From: Adineta vaga
Taxonomy: Eukaryota > Animalia > Rotifera
Reading direction: 5' to 3'
Length of the DNA: 64,000 bases
NCBI GenBank assembly: GCA_021613535.1
Contig: CP075494.1
Coordinates: forward strand, 1,116,001 to 1,180,000
The notes beneath the pieces were generated by a model that searched no databases, was not told the origin of the DNA, and was given only the letters and a program-made list of their open reading frames with translations. Positions 23,376-35,988 of this stretch are shown here, one piece after another (within the stretch, counting starts at the first letter, position 1; every line of letters starts with the position of its first letter). Position numbers and translations under genes: made by a program.

Positions 23376-25819
23376 CAGTCCTTTGGTCTCAAATTCAGAT
23401 TGAAATTTTGATTTTTTTCACTTTTAACATTTTTTGATCTTTTCTATTTTTCATATGCAATAAAAGATATTTATTATATATTATGACTATTGTCGTATAT
23501 AGGCCGTGACGCGCTACAATTAACGCTATTTTAAAAAGCGACTGCTCCTAACATATATAAATAGTGACACATTTTATGCATAAGTGACACTTATAATGTT
23601 TTGATTTTTTTATATCACTGTTACGTGTTTTTGATCTTTTTCTTGATTGAATATTTACTTATACACAGTAGCTATCATTTGTCAATAGCGATTTAATTCA
23701 TTGTTGTTAATTGCTTAATTATAATAAAAATGGACATTGACCTCGACAATCATGGTGATGATTCTGATCATGGTGGTGACTCTCGTCGTGGTGGCTTTCG
23801 TCCTGGTGCTGGCCGTAAAAGAAAAACATTATCATCATCAATTCAGATGATGGCAAATGAAAGAAAACAACGAGCTGCACGTCGACAAGAAATATCGAGA
23901 TATAAAGCTCAATTAAGAGAATGGATAAATGATATAAAATGGTCACATCAAGGTGTTCCATCAACTTTTCATGATAATGCAACTGCTTTATTACTTATAT
24001 TTAATCTCATGTTAGAAAATGTTGATTTAACACAAACAGAAGCTGTTACTAAAGCTGCTCTGTATTTGGGTCGTGGTCCTTCTGCATTACGTGCATTGGT
24101 TGCACATTGGAATAAATATGAAGAGATATATGTTGAACCAGGTACAAGAGGTGGTTCATTAGGACAACAATCAACGGAATTATTTATATCTTTACCTCAT
24201 TTCATTATAACTACTATTATGGATCGTTATGCTGAAGGTAAAACTACTTCAGTTAAAGATATACAACAAGCTATCGTTGATATACATGATAAACATATAA
24301 GTTATTGGCCAATATATTATATCATGCATGATAAAATGAAATTATCATATGGCTTGCTAAAAGGTTCAATGAAGTTAACACAAGATGCTAATCGAATCAA
24401 ACGTATTGGTCAATTTCTAGTCAAATACAGCTCTGCTCTCAATTTGGAGAAGAATAAAGAAGCAATAGTCTGTTATATGGATGAATCATATGTGAATACA
24501 GGTCACCATGTTCATTATGGATGGTACACAGACAGTACAAACAGAAATATTCTTAGTGGTACTGGAGCTGGTAAAAGACTTATAATAGTGCATGCTATTA
24601 CTAGTGATGGTCTTCTCTACAACGTTGATTCATTAACAAATAAAATTATTTCTGCTGAATTGCTTTATGAAGCTAAAAATCCTTTCGGTGATTATCATTG
24701 TAACATGAATGGTCACAATTTTCGTTTATGGGTGAACCAATATTTATTTCCTGCATTTGAAGCTAAATATGGTTGTGATAAGAGAATGATTCTCGTATTG
24801 GATAATGCTCCGTATCATAAAGAACAAGGTGAAGGTTATGTCAATCTAAAATCTATGTCAAAGATCGATATGATTGATATTCTTCTTTCCAAAAAAGTAC
24901 GCAATATAGTAGTCATTCGAAATGGACAACCAAAAACGTTCAACCAGAATGAATGGAAAATGAATGGTCCATCAGGTCCTTATAAAAAAGAATTACAAGT
25001 ATTTATGGAAAGTTGGATCAAACAATATCCTGATCTTCAGAAAACGTTATTGGAGAAATTATTCGAACATAAATCATTAGCTGCAAAAACCGGTGTACCT
25101 GACTTTCATTATTTGATATTTACTCCACCATATAGTCCTCAACTTCAACCTATCGAATTAGTGTGGGCTTATGTTAAAGGTTATGTTGCTAAACAATTTA
25201 CATCTTCTAGAACTGTTCAACAATTAATTGAACAAACGAAGAAAGGGTTCTACGGCGATGGAGGTGATCATGAAGCAATATCAGCAGAAATGGTCAGAAA
25301 AATGATTGTACATGCTCATAAATATTGTGATATGCTTATTAACGACAATCCTCTGTTAAAAGGATCTATAAATAACATAAAGAATGTAAAAGATTACGAA
25401 GAAGTCGAAGAAGTCGACGAAAAAGAAGAAGATGAAGATGAGGATGATGATATCAATATAGAAGCCGATGATATTATTGAATAACTTTCATTAAAAAGTA
25501 TTATCGTGCACAGCACTTCTGGACTTGATGGTTAGAATGATTGATCGACATTAAAAATGTTATTTTTCTGTATAAATCAGTTGTCATTTATATAAAATAT
25601 AAAATTGAAAAATTTATGTCACACTTTTTTTCTAACATATTTTCTTTTAATCTTTTTATAACTACTGTTCAATCATCTGTTACTAGTATCACACCATTAT
25701 ATAGCTTATAGTGTCCTCTAGCAAACATTCAAGTACGGTAATAAAAATAATGGAAAATAGTTTCAGGAGAAGTAATCAAACAAACTCACCATTAATCTGA
25801 ATTTGAGACCAAAGGACTG
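23376..25819 (+). mobile_element. IS630/Tc1/mariner superfamily transposon (Sailor/DD82E-like, DD117E), apparently intact
   Basis: Perfect 26-bp TIRs CAGTCCTTTGGTCTCAAATTCAGATT, TA flanks and an uninterrupted 584-aa transposase. Confidence 0.92.
23730..25484 (+). CDS. DDE_3 transposase, 584 aa
   Basis: YMDESY, GKRLIIVHA, DYHCNMN, LDNAPYH and PPYSPQLQPIELVWAYVK; 117 residues between the second D (24801) and E (25155). Confidence 0.92.
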   Translation: MDIDLDNHGDDSDHGGDSRRGGFRPGAGRKRKTLSSSIQMMANERKQRAARRQEISRYKAQLREWINDIKWSHQGVPSTFHDNATALLLIFNLMLENVDLTQTEAVTKAALYLGRGPSALRALVAHWNKYEEIYVEPGTRGGSLGQQSTELFISLPHFIITTIMDRYAEGKTTSVKDIQQAIVDIHDKHISYWPIYYIMHDKMKLSYGLLKGSMKLTQDANRIKRIGQFLVKYSSALNLEKNKEAIVCYMDESYVNTGHHVHYGWYTDSTNRNILSGTGAGKRLIIVHAITSDGLLYNVDSLTNKIISAELLYEAKNPFGDYHCNMNGHNFRLWVNQYLFPAFEAKYGCDKRMILVLDNAPYHKEQGEGYVNLKSMSKIDMIDILLSKKVRNIVVIRNGQPKTFNQNEWKMNGPSGPYKKELQVFMESWIKQYPDLQKTLLEKLFEHKSLAAKTGVPDFHYLIFTPPYSPQLQPIELVWAYVKGYVAKQFTSSRTVQQLIEQTKKGFYGDGGDHEAISAEMVRKMIVHAHKYCDMLINDNPLLKGSINNIKNVKDYEEVEEVDEKEEDEDEDDDINIEADDIIE

Positions 25820-26273
25820 TAGTTTGATACTATAAGCGAAATTAAACGTCTTTTCGTTTTGCAATAAAACTGGATATACATTATCAAACGAGCTGACCGT
25901 TTGTTCTATCTATATTAAGATGATAATGGAACGAATATTACAAAAAGAATGTGAAGGGTAGATGATAAACTACACACTTATCAGGTGAAGGTTATACTAC
26001 AAAGTAAGTTACACACGTCACTTACAACATACAACCATCTATCATTGAATACGAATAAATCACAAACCACAAAATTTTATTCTGTTTACTCGAAAGGTAT
26101 CTACGTTTGTTATAATTATTCGATTTTAATATCGGTGACACTTAAAAAAACAGTATGTTGAGTATTAAGATCTGAGAAGTTTCTGCTACACAAGAAATCT
26201 ATGTTTTAAATGAAAATATAGAATTCTAAATATTAAGCTTATATGAATACGATAGTTGAAAACAACAAAGAGT

Positions 26274-26460
26274 AGCTGTCTAATTCGACTTCGAACATAA
26301 ATGACGAATTCGTAAAAGCGTTTTTAGACATAGTCGTTGGTAGATAAATATTTGGCATAAATAAAATTCGTAAAGAGAAAGTTCAAGTTTTATCATTTAT
26401 TTTCGGAGTGATATCAAATAGCTGAATGTGTATTTATATTCGAATTCGAATTAGGCAGCT
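26274..26460. mobile_element. Small MITE-like element with ~29-bp inverted termini
   Basis: AGCTGTCTAATTCGACTTCGAACATAAAT versus the reverse complement of the right end, AGCTGCCTAATTCGAATTCGAATATAAAT (3 mismatches). TSD not evident. Confidence 0.45.
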
Positions 26461-26978
26461 CATGGTGTATTTGAGGGGAAGAGAATATCCATATCTTCAC
26501 TCCATCCTCACCTTCAATACCACTTCTTATTTTAATAATCCATTTCGCAGCTTTAAAGATTGAAGTTCTGGAAAAACTTTGGTAAAAAGTATTTATAAAA
26601 ATAAATCTGAGAAAAAGTAAAGTCGCGAGATGATATTCTCGAAAAAAAACCGCCTCATAAAATCTATCTTAAAAGAGATCGCATCTTTTTGTATCATTTA
26701 GATAGTATCTCATATGTTTTCATTTCGGCTCTATTACATACTATCTATAATATAATATATATTTATTTAACTTTTATCTACAAGGATTTGTATGCGTGAG
26801 TAAATTTATTCTATCCACGATACCATCACTCTCATCCATATACTTATATTTATTTGACATTAACAGAAGTGTGATAAAATTTGCGTTTATGTTATATAGG
26901 CTTGTGAAAAATTGGTTTTCATCGTCAAGGGCGATATTATTCAACAGTTATTCGAATTCTTTATCTTATTGCACAACA

Positions 26979-28330
26979 ATGCACTCAACAATGTATTGCT
27001 TCTTTCTTTTCTATACTATAATTATTCGTATGCCTGAAATTTTAACTGATGCTCGATTAGATGGTCTGGTTGTTGATCCACATTTTGTATGGAAAAAACA
27101 AACAGTTACTATTGCTTTCCTAAACGGAGACGAGAGACAACGTTTAGAGCTCCGAAAAATCTATTTTCAGTGGTTTAAGTGCAGTCAACTTCATTTTTCT
27201 GAAGTACCTCTTAGCCAAGGTGCTGACATTCGTGTCGGGTTAGGGCTCGATAGAAGTCGCAGTTGGTCTTTGACTGGATCATTATCCGCTGACTACTCGG
27301 TTAATTTAACATCTGGAAAAGTGTATCGTGATTTGAAAAGAACTCGTGATTTGAAAAGAACTCGTGATCCATCTATGGTTGTTGCTTCAATCTCTAAACG
27401 CCGTGTTCTACATGAAGGTGGTCACTCTCTTTCAGCAAGACATGAACATGGCCATACATTAGCGAATATTAGCTGGCATCCAGATTTTATCAACGGGAAA
27501 ATGTATCTACAGATGACCAGCGAATACATACGAAATAATTACCTTCAAACTTTTCCATTAAATCAAAGTTCGGGTCCATTCGATAAGTGAGTTAGGTGGA
27601 GAATTTGAAGAACGAATAGGCACCTAAAGAGTATTGTATCACATTAAAATAGTAAACATCCGATTGAATAACGTTTCTACTTTGCTTATGTGTGGGTGTG
27701 AGTGTAGATTCGTGTCCTCCTCGAATACCATTGTTCTCACCCACGCCCTCACCCTCCGACGTTGGACCGACTCAGAGAAAACCGGATCTTCAAAATTTTC
27801 TTTGTAGACTGAGCCCCCCCCTGGTTCCACTATTAAAAACAAGATATTTGTATACATCGTTTGTTTGATGAACTTTAGAAAGAGCGTGATGCTCTATAAA
27901 ATCTTTCCGTCGATAACAACTAACAATTTCTCAACCGAATTAAATGAAGATTTATCGATAAACGATCAATTATATGCTTCTGAAATTTATAGTCAGTTTT
28001 TTCACAATGATTACAATCGCTGTAAGAAGAAAATAATTCCTGGAAATCCAAAGTTTAAAGAAGAAATTCACTGCTATGATACATGGTATACACAATGTAT
28101 ATCTTTCGTACGTAATAACGACTTTTGCGAGGAGTATCGAGATTCGTGGAAGGAATATCAATATATTCTGTGGCTAAAAAATGAAACTCTACCTGTCTTT
28201 CACTGGCACATAGAAGGTAAGTACTATTTCTTATGCATCATTAGAAAGCTTAAAATTCAAAATATGATGTAATGCTTACGATAGTTGTTTCTCACAGTGA
28301 CGGGTAACGAAGAAACATTTTGTAATTAAA
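26979..28330 (+). CDS. Secreted metzincin zinc metallopeptidase (M12A/astacin-like, microbial type)
   Basis: Signal-like N-terminus; W..TVTIAFLNG..ADIRV..SWS..G; HEGGHSLSARHEH. Intron 27587-27878 joins PFDK|KSVMLY (Met-turn). A further donor lies at 28217; the 3' end is approximate. Confidence 0.78.
27688..27756. repeat. Telomere-repeat palindrome inside the metallopeptidase intron
   Basis: TGTGTGGGTGTGAGTG-spacer-CTCACCCACGCCCTCACCCTC. Confidence 0.7.
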
Positions 28331-29869
28331 TTTTTCTAGACAAATTATACGAAATTGGCCGATACTAAAAACTTGAATCAGTTACTTATCATTTATAGAA
28401 ATTAGATAATATTCTAAAATATAATAGTAAACATTTGTTTTTAAAAGCTATACTAGAAAGAAGCTTGCGCGACGCTACATACATATTCTATCGTCGTGTG
28501 CAAAATGTATTTATTGTTACGATCCCTGAATTACTCTGAATGCGAATAATAAATTAAGAACTCTATTTTTTTCCGCGTGTAGAAGAAATACGATATTGGT
28601 AGTAGGTCACATAAGAGTCGTTGGTATCTGAAGCAAATTAACCGAAAGATATATAAAATGATCTTTGTTTTTATAAATTTCGTTCAGTCGGTTTTTTTTA
28701 ATTAGACAAAATCGAATGATATATCAGATATTTCAGCAAGGAACAAAAACATTCATAAATCTGATTTAGAATGTGAGATGATACGACTTAGGCAACTTTC
28801 AATGGTTATTTTCTATCTGAAGTATTTTCGAATAGATGAAGAAGGATATATTTTTGTAGATTAGTTTTCATAATTATAATTTAAATCAGGTAGACTACAA
28901 TTGTATGAACTACGAGTTTTGAAGTTTTGTTCTTTCACTTTTTGAATAAAAAGTTTCGAGAAATTATTTTAATTATACAAATATCATTATTTCTGGTTTT
29001 GCAGCGAATGATACTACAATGTTTATTATATTCTTACTCATTTTACTGATCTTCTGCTTTGGATTCGTAATCTGGCAAAATCGGTATGTTATACTATGCT
29101 AATGTATATAGTTATATCATCCGAGTTACCAGTATATTAAAATTTTTTAAAGATTTCTCTTAGTGTTTCGATTATTTCTTTGAACATTAATTGTAACGGA
29201 TTCTATCAGGGAGATATCGAAGTAGAGTGACTTTCAAACTTCATAAAACTTTTCCAACAACGACATAAGTTGATTATATAACGAAATGTTTGATCGAATA
29301 TCCGAAAACGTAACAGAATTCGATTAATCTGAGAGAATTTGAACAATCCGATATAGATGCACATATATATAGATTTATTTAAGATTATTTAGTCTGATAA
29401 TATATAAGTGAAAGAGAATGAGATGATAATAAATATAAATATGCAGGTAAGAAAGAAAGAAAAAGGACAAAAACAACATCATTTCATCGATGAAAATTTT
29501 GTTTTTTCAGTACTTTTATTAAAATGTCTTTATGATAGAAAGTATTTTATTAAATAGAATGATATGACGACAATTTGCTAATAAAAGAGATGAGAGGATG
29601 ATAAAAACAAAGCAGTAAGATTAGAAAATCAGGTGATGACGATGATGATAGCATAAAACTTTACTTTTCACAAAAGATAAAATGATCATAAGACAGAAAA
29701 ATAAAGAAAGAAAACATAGGACATTATATATCCTATGGAGATAAAAAGTAAATTATTACAGAAGATAAAAGTAAACGATAAATATATTAAATTGTTTTTA
29801 AATTTTTATATTAAATCTTCACATTGATAATTCATTTGTCTATAATTTAGATATTTTTTATCGTATTGA

Positions 29870-31202
29870 ATGGCATTAACCGATAAAATAAAATATAATG
29901 AAGTGACTTCAACTGATGAACGAACAGAATTCATCTCATCAGTAACTCGAAAGGAAAATCGATCAAGAAAACAGTAAATATTTTAAACATTGATTTAATG
30001 AAATTAAAGATATTTACATATTTAGATCATCATGGTCGATTACTTTCTTACAGAATCAAATAAAAATCATCTGTATATTTATAATATTTGTTGTTATTGT
30101 AACTGGTTTGATAATATTCTTTATTCATTCTCAATCATCATCGGTCAAAAATGATTCTATAGAAAATAATCAACGTAAGAACTATTATTTCAAAACTGTT
30201 TTATCACTCATTTTAATCTATAATTAATTGATGATTATATATATATATATATATTTCTATAGGAATTCCTCAATTACGATCATATAGAGAAGTAAATGAT
30301 TTTTATCTATTGACAATTGAATATGATTTATTTATTTGATAGAAACATCGAACACCAGATAGTCTTGGTCATATGAATATTTATATAGATAAAAATAATC
30401 AAAATAATTATCATCAACATCGTTTACCTGTAGCTCGATATAATCGACATCGCATGCGTTTGTTTTCCTTCACTAAATATATCTATCTTTTTTTTCAATT
30501 TTTATTTTCTAGCATTTCGTGGTCCATTTCTTAATTTTATGCCATGGATTCCCATATTTGCTGATCGATTTACTAAACAAACTATTATTTTCTCATCATC
30601 AGGCGGTTTGAAATAATTCGAATTCATTTTTGAACCGAAATAAAATTGTGTCATGTCGTTTTTTTTTAGTTTATATTCTTCCACCATTGATCAATACATA
30701 TGGTCAATTATTTTCAGTTGCTCAACTTATTGCTTCAGGTTATGCAAGTTTAGTAAGTGGTGGATCAACATTAAATGGAAATATCGACATGCTTCGTTAC
30801 TTTCAACCTCAACCATGTAAGTTTTTATTGTCTTTATTTTGTTGTTTTGTAAAATATTTGATTGTTGAATGTGTTAGTAATTGGTCCAGGTATTCCAGTG
30901 ATCAATCCTTTGACTGGTGGGTTTGTAGGTGGGATGTATGGTAACTTTGGTTCATTTCGAAAAGCTCGAGGTTATGAATCGCGATCAAATATTGATTATC
31001 CGTATGAAAGAGAAGGTGATGATGATGATGGTTATGAAGAAGAAGAAAGAAAAACAGACGGTTATGTACGCCCTTATAATTCATATAAAAATATCAAAAA
31101 ACCATACAAGAAAAGTACAAGAACAAGTAGCACACGGGGTGAGATGAAATTTCTGCAATATTTTTTTTGTTTATCGCATTACTAGTTTTTAGAGAAAGAT
31201 AA
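29870..31202 (+). CDS. Orphan type-II membrane/secreted protein, about 8 exons
   Basis: Manual splicing through short GT-AG introns gives a continuous ORF: MALTDK..a TM segment (IICIFIIFVVIVTGLIIFFI)..FRGPFLNFMPW..YILPPLINTYG..IGPGIPVINP..acidic tract..VFRER*. Confidence 0.55.
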
Positions 31203-31217
31203 AGAGTGGATGTGAGT

Positions 31218-31563
31218 CAGAGATGTCCATGGCGGCGCGGGAGCGGCAGTAAAGTTTTATTGACCGTAGCGGCGCGGCGCGGCAGCGGCAGCTTTCAGAA
31301 AAAGGAAATTTTAAGAACTCGTAAATTTACATAAAAACTTCATTTTGAAGAACGCTAAACCATGAAACTTGATGAATTTCATTGTTTAGAAGGCATAGCT
31401 TTAATTTAAATCAATTACAGACTTGGAAATCCAGAGATTTTCAAACTCAGCGTCGCGGCTCACTTTTTTTTACCATGGCGGCGCGGTAGCGGCGCGGTCG
31501 CAATTTTTTATTTATGGCAGCGGCGCGGCAGCGGCACATGTCCACCCGCTATGGACATCTCTG
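31218..31563. mobile_element. hAT-type MITE, 346 bp
   Basis: TIR CAGAGATGTCCATRGCGG, 8-bp TSD ATGTGAGT (31210-17 and 31564-71), and GC-rich GCGGC subterminal repeats. Confidence 0.88.
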
Positions 31564-31662
31564 ATGTGAGTAGAGAGAACAGTCGTCCTTACATCATTTT
31601 TGACAGTATCTTTGAATGAATTACAGATTTGTACATTATATATAAGATAAATCTTTATATGT

Positions 31663-34600
31663 TGGTGATTCCATGGGACTTGTGACACGATATACACAAC
31701 ATTCACCAAATCGTTTGCAACTTTCAGGGCTTGTGTAATAATCAGTTCTAAGACTTTTTTGCTCTCGGACGAAAGTTCTAGGACGTCTTGTTGATGAGTT
31801 GTAGCCCAAATACCTAGTACCCTCTGGAACGGTTTTCTGAAGTACCTTATTCTTTGTAACACACATAGTTTTGCACTACTTTGTGCTACAGAAATTCTGA
31901 TCAAATATTTGGATTTCTCATCATCAGGGCTATCAGAATCACTACTTTTAAAAAGTTTTTGGGTTCGTCCAGGAACCAAAGGTCTCTGGAAACCCTTTTC
32001 AATACCTTAGTATTCGACGCTCGAGAACTCCATAACTAGACAACTCTGAAATCCGAGAAGCATCTCATCAGATAGAGCATCAAAAGATCTATCGGACCAT
32101 ATGTGCGCCGTCGGACGGGAGTGAGATTTCACCGAGACCAGATCTCCAGAAAACCAACATAGGTTTTTGAAAAATCATAATCTTTTTTTGTCAGATTGAA
32201 CGAAAAGTATCTGCCAATTTTTTTATTTAATGAATCATCCCATAGCAGTACTCAGAAGACCGCTTAGATCGATAGAGATTCTACAAAAATCTCTGAAGAA
32301 CTATCTTGGATCTATGCTTTTTTCCACTGACACGTATGTATTAATAGTTTAGTAAAGCAATGTTAATATTTTAATGATTTGAAAAGCTATGTTTTGGATG
32401 CATGATAAGAAGAATAAAACCGGAGAGGAACGTGTTAAAGCGTGAATGTTTTTGAGTCTAAGCTACTGGATGTTTTACGGCAATTGATACGATTCACTGC
32501 CAAAGGATCGAATTGATGAAAACTACGAATTCCGTGAATCCAACCTGTCAAAAAAGGAAGGAAATCTTTTATCAATGTTAGAAAGGAGGATCTGACCTTT
32601 GACAGCCTTTTGAATCAGTCGTTTGCTCAGATTCATAGACTCAGAGTTTATCTTTATATCTTGCCGACTAAGATAAAAGACATTGATCTTGGTGTCGGTT
32701 GAGGCGAATTGATAAAGCTCTTGTGGGGTTAAGATGGGATCTGTTCGTCGTCCACTGAGTACTCTACGAGTTGCACGGTATTTCAGAGCTGCCCCAATCC
32801 CGTTAACTAGATCTTTTCCATGTGCTGTAGCAGAAAAAGTCCATGCGGCAGGAATTTCGAAATCACTCTCGTGATAAGTTGAATTCAGCATTGATTTGTT
32901 GCTCTTAAAGTGCTGAGGAGCTCCATCAGTAATATAGTTAACTCGTTTTACGGTGGAATAGCGATGGCGAATGAATTGAACAATTACACTTTGCGCGGCA
33001 TGAACGAAATCAATATTATGATCAAGATGATCGCTAACGAAAGCGAGGCTGTGCTGAATGGCCTTGTCTACAGTGATGTGTACTGTAAAAATGGTGGCTT
33101 GCGGGGTTGTCCAGTGAGCTTGCTGGATCTCGTGCTGAACAAACAGCGCATGATTTTCCGCAAAGTCCATTTGGACCACCGCTGTTGCATTCGCACAAGT
33201 TTCTTCTTTAATCTTTTTAACGTACTCTTGCTGTTGACGAGTGCAGTAGTGGTGGACAGCAAACTTTGTCCACTTGACATCGAACTCCTCAAGCAGATCA
33301 TGAATCGAGCCGCTGACACGCTGCATTGAGATCTTTGCAACTGTGGTCGGCTCTTCCTCAGCATCACCCACCTTCTTTGACGATACAGGCTGGAGATAAT
33401 CAACTTCAGATAATAGGTAAACAACGCATAGAGGGAGATACTCACTGATTTCCAGGTCATCCAAGCAACACTATCATCGACTGTCACATTTTGCCAACAC
33501 ACAAGCTCACTGAAAAGAAAGGTGCCAGGCAGCAACCACTTGCAGTCATCACACTCTCGAAAAATAGCATGTTTCTGTTTGCGAAGAACACACGCATTCA
33601 GCAATGAGACTTTTCATATCCATAGTGTTAACACCCAGGTTGTTCCAGCCCTATCAAATAAAATGAACTCTGGATTCCTTCATGTGACATTCTACCAGAA
33701 TGAGTAGTTCGAAGTTCTCATGATAGATGCGCGTACAAACATCATGTGGTTTCTTAGTTTTAATCCATTTTGGACATAGGTTGTAAAAGCTCGATTTTTT
33801 CACAGAATTGGTTGCCTACTTGGCTGGCAACTGTTCTACAAAAAGTTGATAGGCTTGGCCTACGGTCATTGACATGTGTCGAATGGCAATGGGATTCTTT
33901 TGAGCCAGATAGATAGCGAGAGCATTCGAAGTATTCTTCAACTTTTAGTCGTCCTCATTCAGGTGGAGCTAGGGTAAGAAGACGAACCTGTTCATCTCCG
34001 TCACTAGAGTTAATTAAAAACTTGAAACCGTCGAGAAGATATTTCTTATCAGCTAGTTAAAACGATGAGTGACTCGAAAGCTGGGCGACGTCTTGAGGGT
34101 GCCGGAAGGCTTCTGCTGCGGATCGAATCAGTTCGATAGCCATCGTCACTTGTTTGTCTAGTTGATCTGTCTGTCGTCTAAACGGAAACCAAGTTAAGAA
34201 ATGAAACATACGAGGATGTACTTACACATCTCTAATCTTCGTAATTCCCAGTATATCAAACACTTGATTCAGCAGTTCTTTGGACTGCTCGAATTTGTAT
34301 TTCATTTCGACAGTCTCTGCCATGCTATGACTTCCTGCAGATAATGGTGAATCGACTGCTGGTGAACTCACCTCCACATTCAAATGGGTATGAAATCGAG
34401 TTGACTTTGTCTCGTAACAAGTTCGGCACAGAAGATCGCCTTCAGATAGAGCAAATCCAACAATCGCATCCGCTTGATAATAGTCTTGTATGATGAACGC
34501 GGTCAAATCATTATCAACATGTTGATCTCCACGTGGACAAAGAGCGCCCGGACCCGACTTTCTTGAACCTTGATGAGAGATTGGATGAGCGCACCACTTT

Positions 34601-35689
34601 TTATTGTTTCGAGGCATCTCTAACTCAACAACCTATATGACTTTTTCCTCGAATAATGCGCGCTTCTAAAGTAGGCAAAATGAACATAATTTCAAACGAC
34701 ACAGGCAAATCTTTACGTGTTTTTTATCGTATTTGCTTTCTCTTACTTGCTTCCAACCAACACAGTACTGATTATGAGTCAATATCATATTCGGAAAAAG
34801 AAATGAAAAAAAAACGAAATATTCGTACGTGCAGGAATTTACTGGGTAATGGGACAGATACATTAAGGAACAAACCAAACAACACACAGAATAGAACAAA
34901 AAGAAAGTAGAAGATAAAATAACACAGAACAAAGGAAGAGTAGTTAGACAAGAAGAGCCATGTATAAGGCTATGATCAAGTACTCTCCTGATACCCTTTC
35001 TCATCATTTCCAGATTCTCACATGGCCTCATCAGAGCTAGATCCAAGATAGTTCTTCAGAGATTTTTGTAGAATCTCTATCGATCTATGCGGTCTTCTGA
35101 GTACTGCTATGGGATGATTCATTAAATAAAAAAATTGTCAGATATTTTTTGTTCAATCTGACAAAAAAAATTATGATTTTTCAAAAACCTATGTTGGTTT
35201 TCTGGAGATCCGTTCTCGGTGAAATCTCACTCCCGCCCGACGGCGCACATATGGTCCGATAGATCTTTTGATGCTCTATCTGATGAGATGCTTCTCGGAT
35301 TTCAGAGTTGTCTAGTTATGGAGTTCTCGAGCGTCGAATACTAAGGTGTTGAAAAGGGTTTCCAGAGACCTTTGGTTCCGGGACGAACCCAAAAACTTTT
35401 TAAAAGTAGTGATTCTGATAGCCCTGATGATGAGAAATCCAAATATTTGATCAGAATTTCTGTAGCACAAAGTAGTGCAAAACTATGTGTGTTACAAAGA
35501 ATAAGGTACTTCAGAAAACCGTTCCAGAGGGTACTAGGTATTTGGGCTACAACTCATCAACAAGACGTCCTAGAACTTTCGTCCGAGAGCAAAAAAGTCT
35601 TAGAACTGATTATTACACAAGCCCTGAAAGTTGCAAACGATTTGGTGAGGGTCGGTGTATATCGTGTCACAAGCCGCATGGAATCACTC
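31663..35689 (-). mobile_element. Sola2-like DNA transposon with ~650-bp TIRs and a decayed transposase
   Basis: 31665-32314 is an inverted copy of 35038-35687, with a GAG terminus on the right. Minus-strand transposase pieces: QMDFAENH..QQAHW..SDHLDH..TDGAPQHFK..FSATAHGK..GIGAALK, with frameshifts. Confidence 0.75.
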
Positions 35690-35988
35690 ATGATGCTTCG
35701 GATTCTTAGATAGACTTTTATCTTATGCTCTCTTTGAAAAATCGTGCAGAATGGGTGTGAATATATAGGAGTCAAGTGGAAACCAAAAGGATATTCTACA
35801 GGAGGGTAAAATCTATTCAGACATTCACATCCAATCGGAGTCATTCGAAAAGCTGCGAATGAGATTTTTCTTCGTTGATGTCTTGTCGAAGAATCATTTC
35901 ATAATTTTATGATCTTTGACATTTGTACCATAAATCTAAACAATATTCTCTAAACTTCTTTTTTGATTTCTTATTATTTTGTTTCAGC

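Noticed and set aside
31512-35713. Duplicated ORFs MVPGRTQK.. and MCVTKNK.. (31512/35372, 31636/35485)
   Set aside because: They are by-products of the 650-bp TIRs, begin with non-ATG starts, and diverge at the TIR edge.
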